A stretch of 64,000 nt of DNA, taken from NCBI GenBank assembly GCA_964602045.1, contig CAZRPL010000002.1, forward strand, positions 34,498 to 98,497, in the 5' to 3' direction. Both the position numbers and the translations under genes were made by a program. Each line of letters opens with the position of its first letter. The stretch's first letter is position 1. This document shows, piece by piece, positions 10,124 through 19,267 of the stretch. Origin of the DNA: an uncultured Collinsella sp. Its GTDB lineage: Bacteria; Actinomycetota; Coriobacteriia; Coriobacteriales; Coriobacteriaceae. Under the pieces are notes generated by a model. That model saw nothing but the letters and a program-made list of their open reading frames with translations, had not been told where the DNA came from and made no database searches.

Positions 10124-11521
10124 TTATTCCTCGGCGTGCTCGTTGAGCTCGTAGAACTTGGTGGATGCCGGTAGGAACACCAGGTCCACGTCGCCGATCG
10201 GGCCCGAACGGTTCTTTGCGACGATCACGCGCGTGATGCCCTCGGGCGGACGATCGTCGCGCGTCGCCTCCTGCTCGGAGTTCGAACGGTCCAAGAACAT
10301 GACGATGTCGGCGTCCTGCTCGATGGAGCCCGATTCGCGCAGGTCGGACAGCTGCGGGCGCTTGCCGGTACGGGACTCGACGGCACGCGAGAGCTGTGAC
10401 AGCGCGATGACGGGCACGCCCAGCTCCTTGGCCATGATCTTGAGGGCGCGGCTCATCTCGGAGACCTCGACGGCGCGGTTCTCGGCGCGGCGGCCCGCCG
10501 GCGGGCTCACCAGCTGCAGATAGTCGAGGATGATGATCGATTTCTCCTTGTTGTGGAGCATACGGCGCGCCTTGGCGCGGATCTCGGTCACCGTGGTGCC
10601 GGGCGTGTCGTCGATCAGGATGTCCAAGCGCGACAGATCCTGCGTCGCCTCGTTGATGTTGGCCCACTCCTGCGGCGAGATGCGGCCGGTGCGGAAATTG
10701 GACATGTTGATCTGGGCGTGCGCGCAGATGAAGCGTTGCGCGATTTCCTTGCCCGACATCTCGAGCGAGAAGAACGCGACCGTGTAACCTTCCGATGCGG
10801 CATTCAACGCGAGGTTCAACGCGAACGAGGTCTTACCGACGGCGGGACGCGCACCGATGATGACGAGCTGGCCCTCGCGCAGGCCCATGAGCATACGGTC
10901 GAGGCTCGGGTAACCGACGGGCGCACCGTGCACATCGCCGCCGGCCGCACAGACCTCCTCGGCCTCGTTGTACGCCTCGATCATGAACTCGGTCAACGAC
11001 TTGTAGGAACTGCGGACCTCACGTGCGGTCACCGACAGCAACATGGACTCGGCGCGCTCGATGACCTCCTTGGTGTCGGAGGGGGCGTCGTAGGCGAGCG
11101 CGTTGATCTGGTTGGTCGCACCGATGATCTCGCGCAGCATGGAGTCGCGCCGCACGATGCCGGCATGATGCTGCCAGTTGACGAGACTCAAGGTCTGACC
11201 CATCAGCTCGAGGATGTAGGCCTCCCCACCCACCGCCTCGAGTTTGTCGATGGACTTGAGATAGTCGACCAGCGAGATGGCATCGATCGGCAGGTTGCGG
11301 TCGTACATTTCGTGCATCGCGCTGAACAGCGTCTTATGGGCGGGGCGGTAGAAATCGTCGGGCAGGAGCTCCACGAGTGCTTCCTCGACGACCTCACTCG
11401 ACAGCAGCATGGCGGCCAGGACGTTCGCCTCGGCTTCGGTGTTGTTGGGCAGGCCCATGCGGGCACCGCGGTCGGTCACGCCCGACGGCGACCACGAATA
11501 GTCGGACGAAGTTGACGGCAT
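10124..11521 (-). CDS. dnaB: Replicative DNA helicase
   Basis: DnaB N-domain (EAEANVLAAMLLS), Walker A (GARPAVGKTSFALN), and SLEMS and LSQLSR motifs. Start moved to the ATG at 11521, which has a GAAGGGAG SD 5 nt upstream. The track ORF extends to 11578 without an SD. Confidence 0.93.
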   Translation of the reverse strand: MPSTSSDYSWSPSGVTDRGARMGLPNNTEAEANVLAAMLLSSEVVEEALVELLPDDFYRPAHKTLFSAMHEMYDRNLPIDAISLVDYLKSIDKLEAVGGEAYILELMGQTLSLVNWQHHAGIVRRDSMLREIIGATNQINALAYDAPSDTKEVIERAESMLLSVTAREVRSSYKSLTEFMIEAYNEAEEVCAAGGDVHGAPVGYPSLDRMLMGLREGQLVIIGARPAVGKTSFALNLALNAASEGYTVAFFSLEMSGKEIAQRFICAHAQINMSNFRTGRISPQEWANINEATQDLSRLDILIDDTPGTTVTEIRAKARRMLHNKEKSIIILDYLQLVSPPAGRRAENRAVEVSEMSRALKIMAKELGVPVIALSQLSRAVESRTGKRPQLSDLRESGSIEQDADIVMFLDRSNSEQEATRDDRPPEGITRVIVAKNRSGPIGDVDLVFLPASTKFYELNEHAEE

Positions 11522-11624
11522 GCTGGCTCCCTTCGAGCGATCGATTGCTTGCTCGCGCTCTCCATGGTAAAGCATCACAGGGTCGCAACCGGTCTTTTCT
11601 TACCCCTCACCTGCACGTATGCCA

Positions 11625-11953
11625 TTATCAACACGGGGGTGTGGAAAGCTCGGTACCGCTTTCTTGCTCGAATACCGCTTATCAACGTTTTCCACATTTT
11701 ACCGGCTCGATTTAGACGAGTTTTCCACAACACGCCTTGTACCTGCGAATATACATAACTAACCGGCGTTTTACAGCGTTTTTATTAAAGCTATACTTGA
11801 AGGTTTAATGAAAGTGCAGGTAATTGCACATGCTTTATTCATTCCGCAGGAAAACGGTATCGTGCAATATGCAAAGAACCCGCGACCCATATCCAATACC
11901 GGTCGGTATCGATTTCAAAGCCGACTGGTCTAGCAGGGCATACCTGTGGATTT
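11625..11953. promoter_or_regulatory. Cluster of DnaA-box-like 9-mers plus AT-rich tract upstream of dnaB
   Basis: Plus strand: TTTTCCACA at 11688-11696 and 11721-11729; TTATCAACA at 11625-11633; TTATCAACG at 11679-11687. Minus strand: CTTTCCACA at 11640-11648; AAATCCACA at 11945-11953. AT-rich stretch at ~11761-11860. Confidence 0.5.
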
Positions 11954-11993
11954 CTCAACTGGTTTTCAAATCGTGAACCAGCAGGGGACATAC

Positions 11994-12042
11994 GCGCCAT
12001 CCGATGTAAAAACGCCAGACGTAATTTCACATCGGATGGCGC
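11994..12042 (-). terminator. Hairpin downstream of the LCP gene
   Basis: 14-bp perfect inverted repeat GCGCCATCCGATGT (11994-12007) / ACATCGGATGGCGC (12029-12042) with a 21-nt loop. Confidence 0.4.
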
Positions 12043-12061
12043 TCAGAAGAGGAATATCAGA

Positions 12062-13426
12062 TCACTCCGCGACGTCATCGGTAGTGAGCGGGGACTGGGC
12101 GAGCAGGTCTTCGTAATTATGCGGGCTGGCGCCGTTCGTCGCCGCGCCGAGGTCTTGGTCGTTCATCTGATCGACCGGGATCCGCCCTGCGGAGCTCTCG
12201 GGGTCGAGCCCTGCATCCACACGCCTCATCATGTCCTGCCACTCCTCGTACGCCGTTCCCACATACGAGATCCCGTCGACGTTGAGCGCATAGCTCGGTG
12301 CCGCAGCGGAATAGATCGTCAGTCCGTTTTCGGCCCTATAGAGCTCGAGCGCATACGAGACGATCCGATCAAGCGAAAGGTCCGTCGTCACCGTCTTGGC
12401 GAGCTCCGCGACAAGCCCCGGAATCTCGAGAGGCCCGGAGGCGAGCACTTCCCGCACGATCGCCTCGAGGATCTGTCGCTGCGCTTGAGCACGCCCGAAG
12501 TCGCCTCCGGACACGTTGTAGCGCTCCCGTGCGTACGCCAGGGCCTGTTCGCCGTCGAGCACCTGCGTTCCGGCCGAGAACGATATGCCGCCATTGCCGG
12601 CATGGATGTCCTCCGGAATATCCACGGTAACTCCCCCGAGGATATCGACGACCTCCTTCAGGCCCGAGAAGTCCACCTCGACATAGTGGGAGATCTGAAC
12701 GCCGGCGAACTCGGATACGGTTCGAACCGTGGACGCGGGCCCGTAATTGTAGGCGGCGTTGATCTTCTCGACTCCGCCGCTCTCGCCATAGACCATGGTA
12801 TCGCGCGGGATGGAGACGAAGGTCAGCACGCCCGACGAGGCATCGACCCGTGCGAGCATGATGACATCCGAGCGCGCGGCCTCTCCGTTTCGCGAATCCG
12901 AACCGATGACGAGCGCGTAGAACGCATCGGAACCCTGCTTGCCCTCCGGGTCCTCGAGCACCTGCTCCATCTCCTCGCGGTCCCCTTCATCCAGACCCAT
13001 CATGTTGTTCACACTGTTCATCCACGCGAAGCAGGTAACGACTCCTATGGCGGCGATGAAGAGGATGCAAAGCAGGGCGACCTTCAGCTCGAAGTGCTTT
13101 TTGCGCCCCTTGCGAGGCGTTTGCGTTGCTTGCATGTCCTCTTGGAATCCGCTGCTTTCGGCGTACCTCCCCCTCGCCGCGGCAGGCTGTGGATCCCTGA
13201 CCGCGACGGGCTGCGGGACCTTCAGCAACGATGGCGACGTATCCCCAGGTCGCTCGCTCCCATGCGACCCTGCATCCGTCTGAGCGGCGTCCGATTGGGC
13301 GAAGTGAGCGGGAAGGCGACCGTCGCGAACGATCGACTCGAGCTGCTCGCCCTCGACGCTGCGACGCATATGACGGGGAGCGCCCTTTAGCTCGGCGGCG
13401 CAATCATGAACTTCCTTTTCTTCCAT
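12062..13426 (-). CDS. LCP (LytR-CpsA-Psr) family cell-wall glycopolymer transferase
   Basis: 454 aa. Single TM helix, then VIGSDSRNGEAARSDVIMLARVD...FVSIPRDTMV. AGGAGAG SD before the ATG. Confidence 0.88.
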   Translation of the reverse strand: MEEKEVHDCAAELKGAPRHMRRSVEGEQLESIVRDGRLPAHFAQSDAAQTDAGSHGSERPGDTSPSLLKVPQPVAVRDPQPAAARGRYAESSGFQEDMQATQTPRKGRKKHFELKVALLCILFIAAIGVVTCFAWMNSVNNMMGLDEGDREEMEQVLEDPEGKQGSDAFYALVIGSDSRNGEAARSDVIMLARVDASSGVLTFVSIPRDTMVYGESGGVEKINAAYNYGPASTVRTVSEFAGVQISHYVEVDFSGLKEVVDILGGVTVDIPEDIHAGNGGISFSAGTQVLDGEQALAYARERYNVSGGDFGRAQAQRQILEAIVREVLASGPLEIPGLVAELAKTVTTDLSLDRIVSYALELYRAENGLTIYSAAAPSYALNVDGISYVGTAYEEWQDMMRRVDAGLDPESSAGRIPVDQMNDQDLGAATNGASPHNYEDLLAQSPLTTDDVAE

Positions 13427-13581
13427 ACCCTCTCCTAGAAATCGTTGCCCCTTGGACGTTACCGCAGTATGGCAGAGGATGCGATAGGAAGATCGCCCAT
13501 TCCCCGGCCCGGATCTTCGATATCACGATATAACCTCTTTCCTTCCCCGTAAATCGGCATTCATCCCCATCGGCCGGTCGT

Positions 13582-14233
13582 TTGTTCAGGCGAACGGATA
13601 AAGTGCTTTTTCGAAATCAGAAGAACCACATCGGGCGTGAATGTGGCGAAGAAGGAAGCATCGCTGGCAACTTGACCCATCCCGACAAAAGCGGCTTGCC
13701 CAATCTCATTGCTCGCCTGGCCGTTTACCACCACCGAAAGGACTTCGACTCCGTCCCGGAGCATCTCTCATCGAACTGCTTACCCATCGGAGCAGGCTCG
13801 GATGTATCCCATGGCGCAGAGCGCATCGCGGAGGTCTTTTGGGCGCACTCCCCGAAGCCCGCGCATCTCATTCGCGAGCCTCGCATGCACCTTATCGCTT
13901 TCAACAATCCATTCGAGGCCATCGTCGTGGGCATCTACACAATCTACTCAGACACGGTCCACATGATGTTCTCGTTCGAGATGTGGCGGCCCACCGTCGA
14001 TTGCCGATGGGACGATCACGGCAAAGCTGCTGCTGGCGAACGTCATGGATCTGCTGTCCGGGCAGTTCATGCGCATCCACCTAAGCCATTTCGCCAATCG
14101 CAGCCATATCTCCGCCTTCATCGCCGGTGAGACGGTCATGTCGAACGGAGACCGCATCCCCAGCCCCTCGCGACGAAGAAGTGATATCGAAAGTCGCCTC
14201 CCGCGAGCATGTGAAAAACGTCAGATGCACTGA
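13582..14233 (+). pseudogene. Decayed/frameshifted hypothetical gene in a lower-GC patch
   Basis: My hand count of third-position GC is ~43/53 in the frame of ORF 13582..14130 over ~13840-14000. It then moves to ~47/56 in the frame of ORF 14045..14233 from ~14003 onward. That implies a frameshift near 13995-14005. No family recognised. Confidence 0.3.
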
Positions 14234-14325
14234 CCCGCTCAACGCCTCGACAACATCGACATACAGAAAAACGACCCGGGCGCACAAGCACCCGGGTCGC
14301 ATCACATCGGTTCGAGAGACGAGCG

Positions 14326-14847
14326 CTACTCGGCGGCAGCCTCGGTCTCGACGGCCTCAGCGGCCTCCTCGGCGACCTCGGCCTCAGCCTCAGGCTCCTC
14401 GGGGGTGACGCCCACGGCGACATTGACCGCGGCACGGATGTCGCGGTACAGCGAGATGACCACAGGGTGGACACCGGCCATCTTGATGGGCTTACCGAGC
14501 TCGACGCGCTTGCGGTCGATCTCGACGTCCAGCTGGGCCTTGATCGCATCGGCGATCATGCCGCTGGTAACGGAACCGAACAGGACGCCCTCGTCGCCGA
14601 CCTTCGCGTCGATGGTGACGGTCTTGCCGTCGACGGCATCCTTGAGCGCGTTGGCGTCGGAGATGCGGACGGCCTCGCGCTTGGCGATGTTGTTGCGGCG
14701 CTCCTCGAGCTGCTTCAGATTGCCCTTGGTAGCCGCAACGGCGAGCTTCTTAGGGAAGAGGTAGTTCTCGGCGTAGCCCTGGGCAACGTCCACGACGTCG
14801 CCTTCGCCACCCTTGCCCTTGATCTCACCAAGAAGAACGACTTTCAT
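14326..14847 (-). CDS. rplI: 50S ribosomal protein L9
   Basis: MKVVLLGEIKGKGGEGDVVDVAQGYAENYLFPKKLA, plus an acidic C-terminal tail. Confidence 0.95.
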   Translation of the reverse strand: MKVVLLGEIKGKGGEGDVVDVAQGYAENYLFPKKLAVAATKGNLKQLEERRNNIAKREAVRISDANALKDAVDGKTVTIDAKVGDEGVLFGSVTSGMIADAIKAQLDVEIDRKRVELGKPIKMAGVHPVVISLYRDIRAAVNVAVGVTPEEPEAEAEVAEEAAEAVETEAAAE

Positions 14848-14888
14848 GAGATCTCCTTGCGATGTGCGCCGCGTGCGCGACGCAGTGA

Positions 14889-15875
14889 TTACTGCTTTGC
14901 CTGTGCGTGGGAACCATCTCGCTCAAGCTTGCGAAAGTTGGCCCACACGTCGATCAGGCCGACGATGCTCATTGCGAAGAACATCATCTCGGACCAGAAG
15001 ACGAGCAGAATGCAGATGAAGCGCGTCACGCATCCGAAGCGCCTGCGTGCCATGAGGGCGGAAAGCACCCCGAAGCCCTGGCAGGCGAAGATGATCCTGA
15101 CGCCCATGATCGCCGTCACGCTCACGGTGCGGACGATCTGAGCCTCGGGAAAGCCCGTGAACGATGCGCCGACGCACACGATCGAAACCGCGAGAACGGC
15201 GACGCTCCACATGGGTGCATCGAAACGTGACAACGACGGTCTGCGGGGGTCTCCCGTGCAGCGCGTCTGCATCACATGGGAACCGAGCCCGGCAAACAAC
15301 GCGTAGCTTGCCGCGCTCACCACATACACGAGCGGCCAAAGGGCCACCATGATCGGCTCGAGACCGCTGGCGAGCAACTCACCCTCGACCCCCGTCCCCA
15401 CGGACTGCGCGACGGCCGCCATGAGATACGACACCATGACGTCCTGCACCGACGGACCGGTCATCGCTGCGATCACCGCATCGATGCCAAGACTCGTCAG
15501 TGCCGTGAGCACGACCACCACGGAGACGTTCGTCACCGTGGCGCCGCGCCACATACACCACGCGATGCCCAGGCTGCACACGATAACGGGAGCCAAAAGC
15601 ACCGTATACGTGACGTTGGCGATGAAGGAGACCGCGAGCAGGCCGATACCCTCGAACAGGATCAGACCGACACCGCGGCGCGCCTTAGCGCACAGGACCT
15701 CGCGCGCGCCATACGCGGCGAGGAGGATTCCCGCATACGGAAGGAAGATCGCCACGACGCACCCGAGCGCGAGCATGAACGCACCATGGGCGTTACGCGG
15801 CGGGACCACCCGACGCACCGGCGTGCCGTTCGGCACGATGGCGCCTTGCCGAGGATCCGAACTTCCGTCCTGCAT
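14889..15875 (-). CDS. Polytopic membrane protein, DUF2232 (YybS)-like
   Basis: 328 aa, many hydrophobic helices. Sits between rpsR and rplI, as yybS does in Firmicutes. Family call is by position and topology only. Confidence 0.65.
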   Translation of the reverse strand: MQDGSSDPRQGAIVPNGTPVRRVVPPRNAHGAFMLALGCVVAIFLPYAGILLAAYGAREVLCAKARRGVGLILFEGIGLLAVSFIANVTYTVLLAPVIVCSLGIAWCMWRGATVTNVSVVVVLTALTSLGIDAVIAAMTGPSVQDVMVSYLMAAVAQSVGTGVEGELLASGLEPIMVALWPLVYVVSAASYALFAGLGSHVMQTRCTGDPRRPSLSRFDAPMWSVAVLAVSIVCVGASFTGFPEAQIVRTVSVTAIMGVRIIFACQGFGVLSALMARRRFGCVTRFICILLVFWSEMMFFAMSIVGLIDVWANFRKLERDGSHAQAKQ

Positions 15876-15897
15876 CTACTCGACCCTTGCCCCTCGC

Positions 15898-16164
15898 CTA
15901 GCCGCGATTGCGCTCGCCGCGGGAAGAGACCACGGGAACGGTGTAGGGCAGAAGCGCCATCTCGCGAGCGCGCTTGATGGCGTTCGCGATGTCGTGCTGA
16001 TGCTGCGTGCAAGCGCCAGTGACACGACGGGGCTTGATCTTGCCGCGATCCGTCATGTACTTGCGGAGAAGCTGAGTATCCTTGTAATCGATGTACTCGG
16101 TGTTCTCCTTGCAGAACTGGCAGTACTTACGACGCGGCTGACGTGCTGAATAATCATTAGCCAT
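15898..16164 (-). CDS. rpsR: 30S ribosomal protein S18
   Basis: [29 protein letters not shown]...ITGACTQHQ-like S18 pattern. Start trimmed to the ATG at 16164. Confidence 0.93.
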   Translation of the reverse strand: MANDYSARQPRRKYCQFCKENTEYIDYKDTQLLRKYMTDRGKIKPRRVTGACTQHQHDIANAIKRAREMALLPYTVPVVSSRGERNRG

Positions 16165-16244
16165 GTCAAAATACCTTTCGTTTGGCACCGCCCGCACAAA
16201 ACGCGACGGCACCGCTCACTTACCACGTGACCCCGTTCGAAACC

Positions 16245-16724
16245 TTAGAACGGAATGTCCTCATCGTAGACGTCGACCGCCGGCGGAACCTGCGCGGGCG
16301 CAGGAGCCGGGTGCGGCGCGGGCGCGGAATAGCCGCCACCATAGGAGGACCCACCATACGAGCCGGAGCTCTCCTGGCCATAGCCACCCTGGTTCTGTCC
16401 ACGGCTCATGAACTCGATCTCATCGACGATGACCTCGAGCTTGCTGCGACGCTGGCCGTCGCGCTCCCACGAGCTGTAGCGCAGCTTTCCCTCGATCGCG
16501 ACCTTCGACCCCTTCTGGAGGTAGCGGGAGACGGCCTCGGCGCGGGCGCCGAACATCGTGCAGTCCACGAAGTTGGGGTAATCCTCCCAGTCGCCGGTCT
16601 GGGGGTTGCGGCGGCGATCATTGACCGCCACGCCGAAGCTGAGCACCTGCGTGCCGCTTGCGGTCGCACGCAACTCGGGGTCGCGGGTGAGATTACCGGA
16701 GATGTTGACTCGATTGATGCTCAT
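16245..16724 (-). CDS. ssb: Single-stranded DNA-binding protein
   Basis: MSINRVNISGNLTRDPELR OB-fold start, Gly-rich linker, acidic DEDIPF tail. Start trimmed to the ATG at 16724. Confidence 0.94.
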   Translation of the reverse strand: MSINRVNISGNLTRDPELRATASGTQVLSFGVAVNDRRRNPQTGDWEDYPNFVDCTMFGARAEAVSRYLQKGSKVAIEGKLRYSSWERDGQRRSKLEVIVDEIEFMSRGQNQGGYGQESSGSYGGSSYGGGYSAPAPHPAPAPAQVPPAVDVYDEDIPF

Positions 16725-16791
16725 GTATGACTCACTACCTCTCTGTTCGAGCGATCGGATAAAACCCCGCCGCTCGATTTCCAAACGGTTC

Positions 16792-17085
16792 CTACTCCAC
16801 GTCGTCGCGACGGACGATCATGTGACGAACCACGGCATCGGTGATGCGCAGCACGCGATCGAGCTCGGCGATCTGGGTAGGATCTGCATGGAAGTTGATG
16901 AGGGTGTAGTCACCTTCGGTGAGCTTGTTGATCTCGTAGGCGAGCTTGCGCTTGCCCCACTCGTCAACGTTGTCGACCTTGCCGTTACCCTCGGCGATCG
17001 TGGTGTCGATACGCTTCATCACAGCGAGACGGGTCTCGGGATCGAGAGCAGGGTCAACAAAGAACAGCAGTTCATAGGCCTTCAT
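16792..17085 (-). CDS. rpsF: 30S ribosomal protein S6
   Basis: MKAYELLFFVDPALD...KRKLAYEI. AGAGGAGGTG SD directly upstream of the ATG at 17085. The track ORF over-extends to 17355. Confidence 0.93.
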   Translation of the reverse strand: MKAYELLFFVDPALDPETRLAVMKRIDTTIAEGNGKVDNVDEWGKRKLAYEINKLTEGDYTLINFHADPTQIAELDRVLRITDAVVRHMIVRRDDVE

Positions 17086-17561
17086 GTGGTCACCTCCTCT
17101 GGACATAAGGCTCCAGGTCGTGAAGGTGCGCCCGGAGCAGGAAAAGACCGGTTTACTGTAGACCAACCGCCGTCTCTTCTCAAGTTGCCGCAGGTACGCC
17201 CTCATGACCTCCATATTTTCGGCATGATGGCAAACGCCTCGCACGCTCGCCGTGCCGCGCTCCCCCATCTTCGCCGCCCGCGCCGATACAAAGCCGACAG
17301 GGCGATGCGAAACCGCCGACACCATTCGCGGCATCCTGGGCACAGACCCCGACATTCGCAGGTCGGTACCGTGTCCAAAAACTCAAACTACGCAGAAGCG
17401 GCCCTACGAGACATGAAAACGTCACGGTTTCGACCTGTCGCTCAACGCGATCGGCCCGTTCACGGCCCGATTGCTCCCGCTCATGACAATGGCCTCGGGA
17501 TGAACCGCTTCGAGCGTTACGCCGGCAAGACCACTCCCACATCTTTACCGGGCCTTCAGCA

Positions 17562-18482
17562 TCAACAGGCCGGCGGGACAGGCGGCGTCGAGGAGATATC
17601 CGACACATCGCGCTGCGGCACGCCATCGGGTAGCGGAGCCGACGAAACGCCCCAACGCCCGACCTCGAATCGGCAGAACCACTGACCGGCCGCATTGATG
17701 CACACCAGGTTCATCGCAGTCGAGACAACCGACCCCGCGAAGGTGACCAATACGAACGCGACGACGGTCAATACCACGATTCCCGGCCCAAGACCGAACA
17801 GCAACCGCTCGATATCGCTGCCGGGACCCACCGCGAGCTCGACAGCCACACCCATAACGCCACCGAGCGCGATACCGCTCGCAACCAAGGAGACCAAAAG
17901 GCCGTACAAAACGTTGATCGCCCCGCCGATCAACGAGATCGCATAGAGATGGAGGAAGCCGCTCACATCGCGCGCCACCATCTGGAACAGCCTGTCCAGA
18001 CGCCAGCCCGCGGCAAAGCTGTCGTAGAGGGTCGCCCGCAGCATCGCTGCTGCGCAAAACGTTCCCGCAAGCAGATTGAAGGCGAGCATCACCGGCACGA
18101 CAAGGGGGGACACCCGGCGCATGATGTCGAGCAGCGATCCGGTGAACAGGTTCGCGCCCGCCGGGAACAACGCGGCGGAATACCAGTCGCCGAACAGGAG
18201 CATGTCGACGAGCATGAGCACGAAGCCCATCGTCACGCTGACCAAAAACGCGATACCGCCCGTGGCGAGGACCTTGCCGTACGCGACACCGCGCTGCTTG
18301 GGCGCCGCGTCGACGCCCCATGCCGTCAGCCGCGCCCATTCGAGTGCGTAACCGAGCACCGCGATCTGCCCCAAAATGGGAATCCATCCCACCAAGGTGA
18401 GCACGAGGACGGGCTTGATCCATCCCTTGTCCCTCGTCAGCATCTTCCACGAAGACGCGAAGCCAAGCTGTCGGGCGTACAT
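17562..18482 (-). CDS. Polytopic membrane protein (DUF4013-like by eye)
   Basis: 306 aa from the ATG at 18482 (AAGGAGGG SD). W/G-rich TM segments; family uncertain. Confidence 0.7.
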   Translation of the reverse strand: MYARQLGFASSWKMLTRDKGWIKPVLVLTLVGWIPILGQIAVLGYALEWARLTAWGVDAAPKQRGVAYGKVLATGGIAFLVSVTMGFVLMLVDMLLFGDWYSAALFPAGANLFTGSLLDIMRRVSPLVVPVMLAFNLLAGTFCAAAMLRATLYDSFAAGWRLDRLFQMVARDVSGFLHLYAISLIGGAINVLYGLLVSLVASGIALGGVMGVAVELAVGPGSDIERLLFGLGPGIVVLTVVAFVLVTFAGSVVSTAMNLVCINAAGQWFCRFEVGRWGVSSAPLPDGVPQRDVSDISSTPPVPPAC

Positions 18483-18710
18483 GCACCCTCCTTGTTCGTA
18501 AACATCCGATGCGCACAACGCACGTCATGGCAAGTGTAGCCGTCCGATCTGGTCGGCCGGCACGAAATGAATACATTTAAGGGCTATTTAAGCGGCCCTC
18601 CACGTGTAACGGCGAGTCGGATTGAAGCGAATCCGCCACATTTTTCAACGGACTTGAGATTGGCACTTGATTGCGACCGCGTTTACGGTACAATTGCCTG
18701 TGCATTTCAC

Positions 18711-18801
18711 GGAGAGTTGTCCGAGTGGCCGAAGGAGCACGATTGGAAATCGTGTAGGCGCCAAAAGCGTCTCCAGGGTTCAAATCCCTGACTCTCCGCC
18801 A
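18711..18801 (+). tRNA. tRNA-Ser (anticodon GGA)
   Basis: Acceptor GGAGAGT/ACTCTCC. Anticodon arm CACGA-TTGGAAA-TCGTG. Long variable arm. T arm CAGGG-TTCAAAT-CCCTG. Encoded CCA. Confidence 0.93.
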
Positions 18802-18849
18802 GCATCCTCTCATGGCGCGCCTTCGGACGCGCCATGTTTCACTCCATGC

Positions 18850-18941
18850 GGAGGAGTGGCAGAGTGGTTGAATGCGGCGGTCTCGAAAACCGTTTACCCG
18901 GTAACCCGGGTACGAGGGTTCGAATCCCTCCTCCTCCGCCA
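18850..18941 (+). tRNA. tRNA-Ser (anticodon CGA)
   Basis: Acceptor GGAGGAG/CTCCTCC. Anticodon loop CTCGAAA. Long variable arm. T arm GAGGG-TTCGAAT-CCCTC. Encoded CCA. Confidence 0.92.
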
Positions 18942-19123
18942 TTTTTAATCCCTTCAACAACGCAATAGCCCCTCAAGCTCCAAGCTCCTCGCTGCCCCAC
19001 GCAGGAAGGATTCGAACACGCGGGGCCTCATACCGCGCAAAGCGCGTGGGTGTCTTTGCCAGCATGAGTCGCAAGAAGGCCGCAGGCCTCCGCAGCGACC
19101 GCCTGCTCCGCAGGTGGTCGACA

Positions 19124-19137
19124 TCCTCCTCCGCCAT
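19124..19137 (+). repeat. 14-nt direct repeat of the tRNA-Ser(CGA) 3-prime end
   Basis: TCCTCCTCCGCCAT occurs at 18929-18942 (tRNA 3-prime end) and again at 19124-19137. Confidence 0.7.
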
Positions 19138-19267
19138 CACTGCTTTTCAGCAGGAATAATCCCACGGTGAGAGCCGCCTTGCCGCAACGCCGATGACGGC
19201 ACGTCTTTTCGCGCATCCGCTATACTGGAAGAACGCTATACACGGGAATTTCTCGAATGGAGCCACC

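Noticed and set aside
11579-12061. Chromosomal origin (oriC)
   Set aside because: There is no dnaA/dnaN. Gene orientation stays minus-strand-biased on both sides, so nothing suggests a replication switch point here. Kept only as a DnaA-box cluster.
13561-14157. Minus-strand gene with three in-frame stops (ORFs 13948..14157 and 13561..13764 share a frame)
   Set aside because: Hand translation gives a continuous-looking reading interrupted by TGA/TAA/TGA. However, the third-position GC signal clearly favours the plus strand, so the minus reading is probably a shadow.
17086-17561. Structured rpsF (S6:S18-binding) leader or hidden small gene in the 476-nt spacer upstream of rpsF
   Set aside because: The spacer is unusually long. 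I could not recognise the leader motif or a convincing ORF by eye, so the evidence is insufficient for a call.
18985-19075. Additional tRNA or tRNA-Sec on the minus strand (GTTCGAATCC T-loop motif)
   Set aside because: The flanking bases do not form a T stem, acceptor stem or anticodon arm. It is most likely a fragment.
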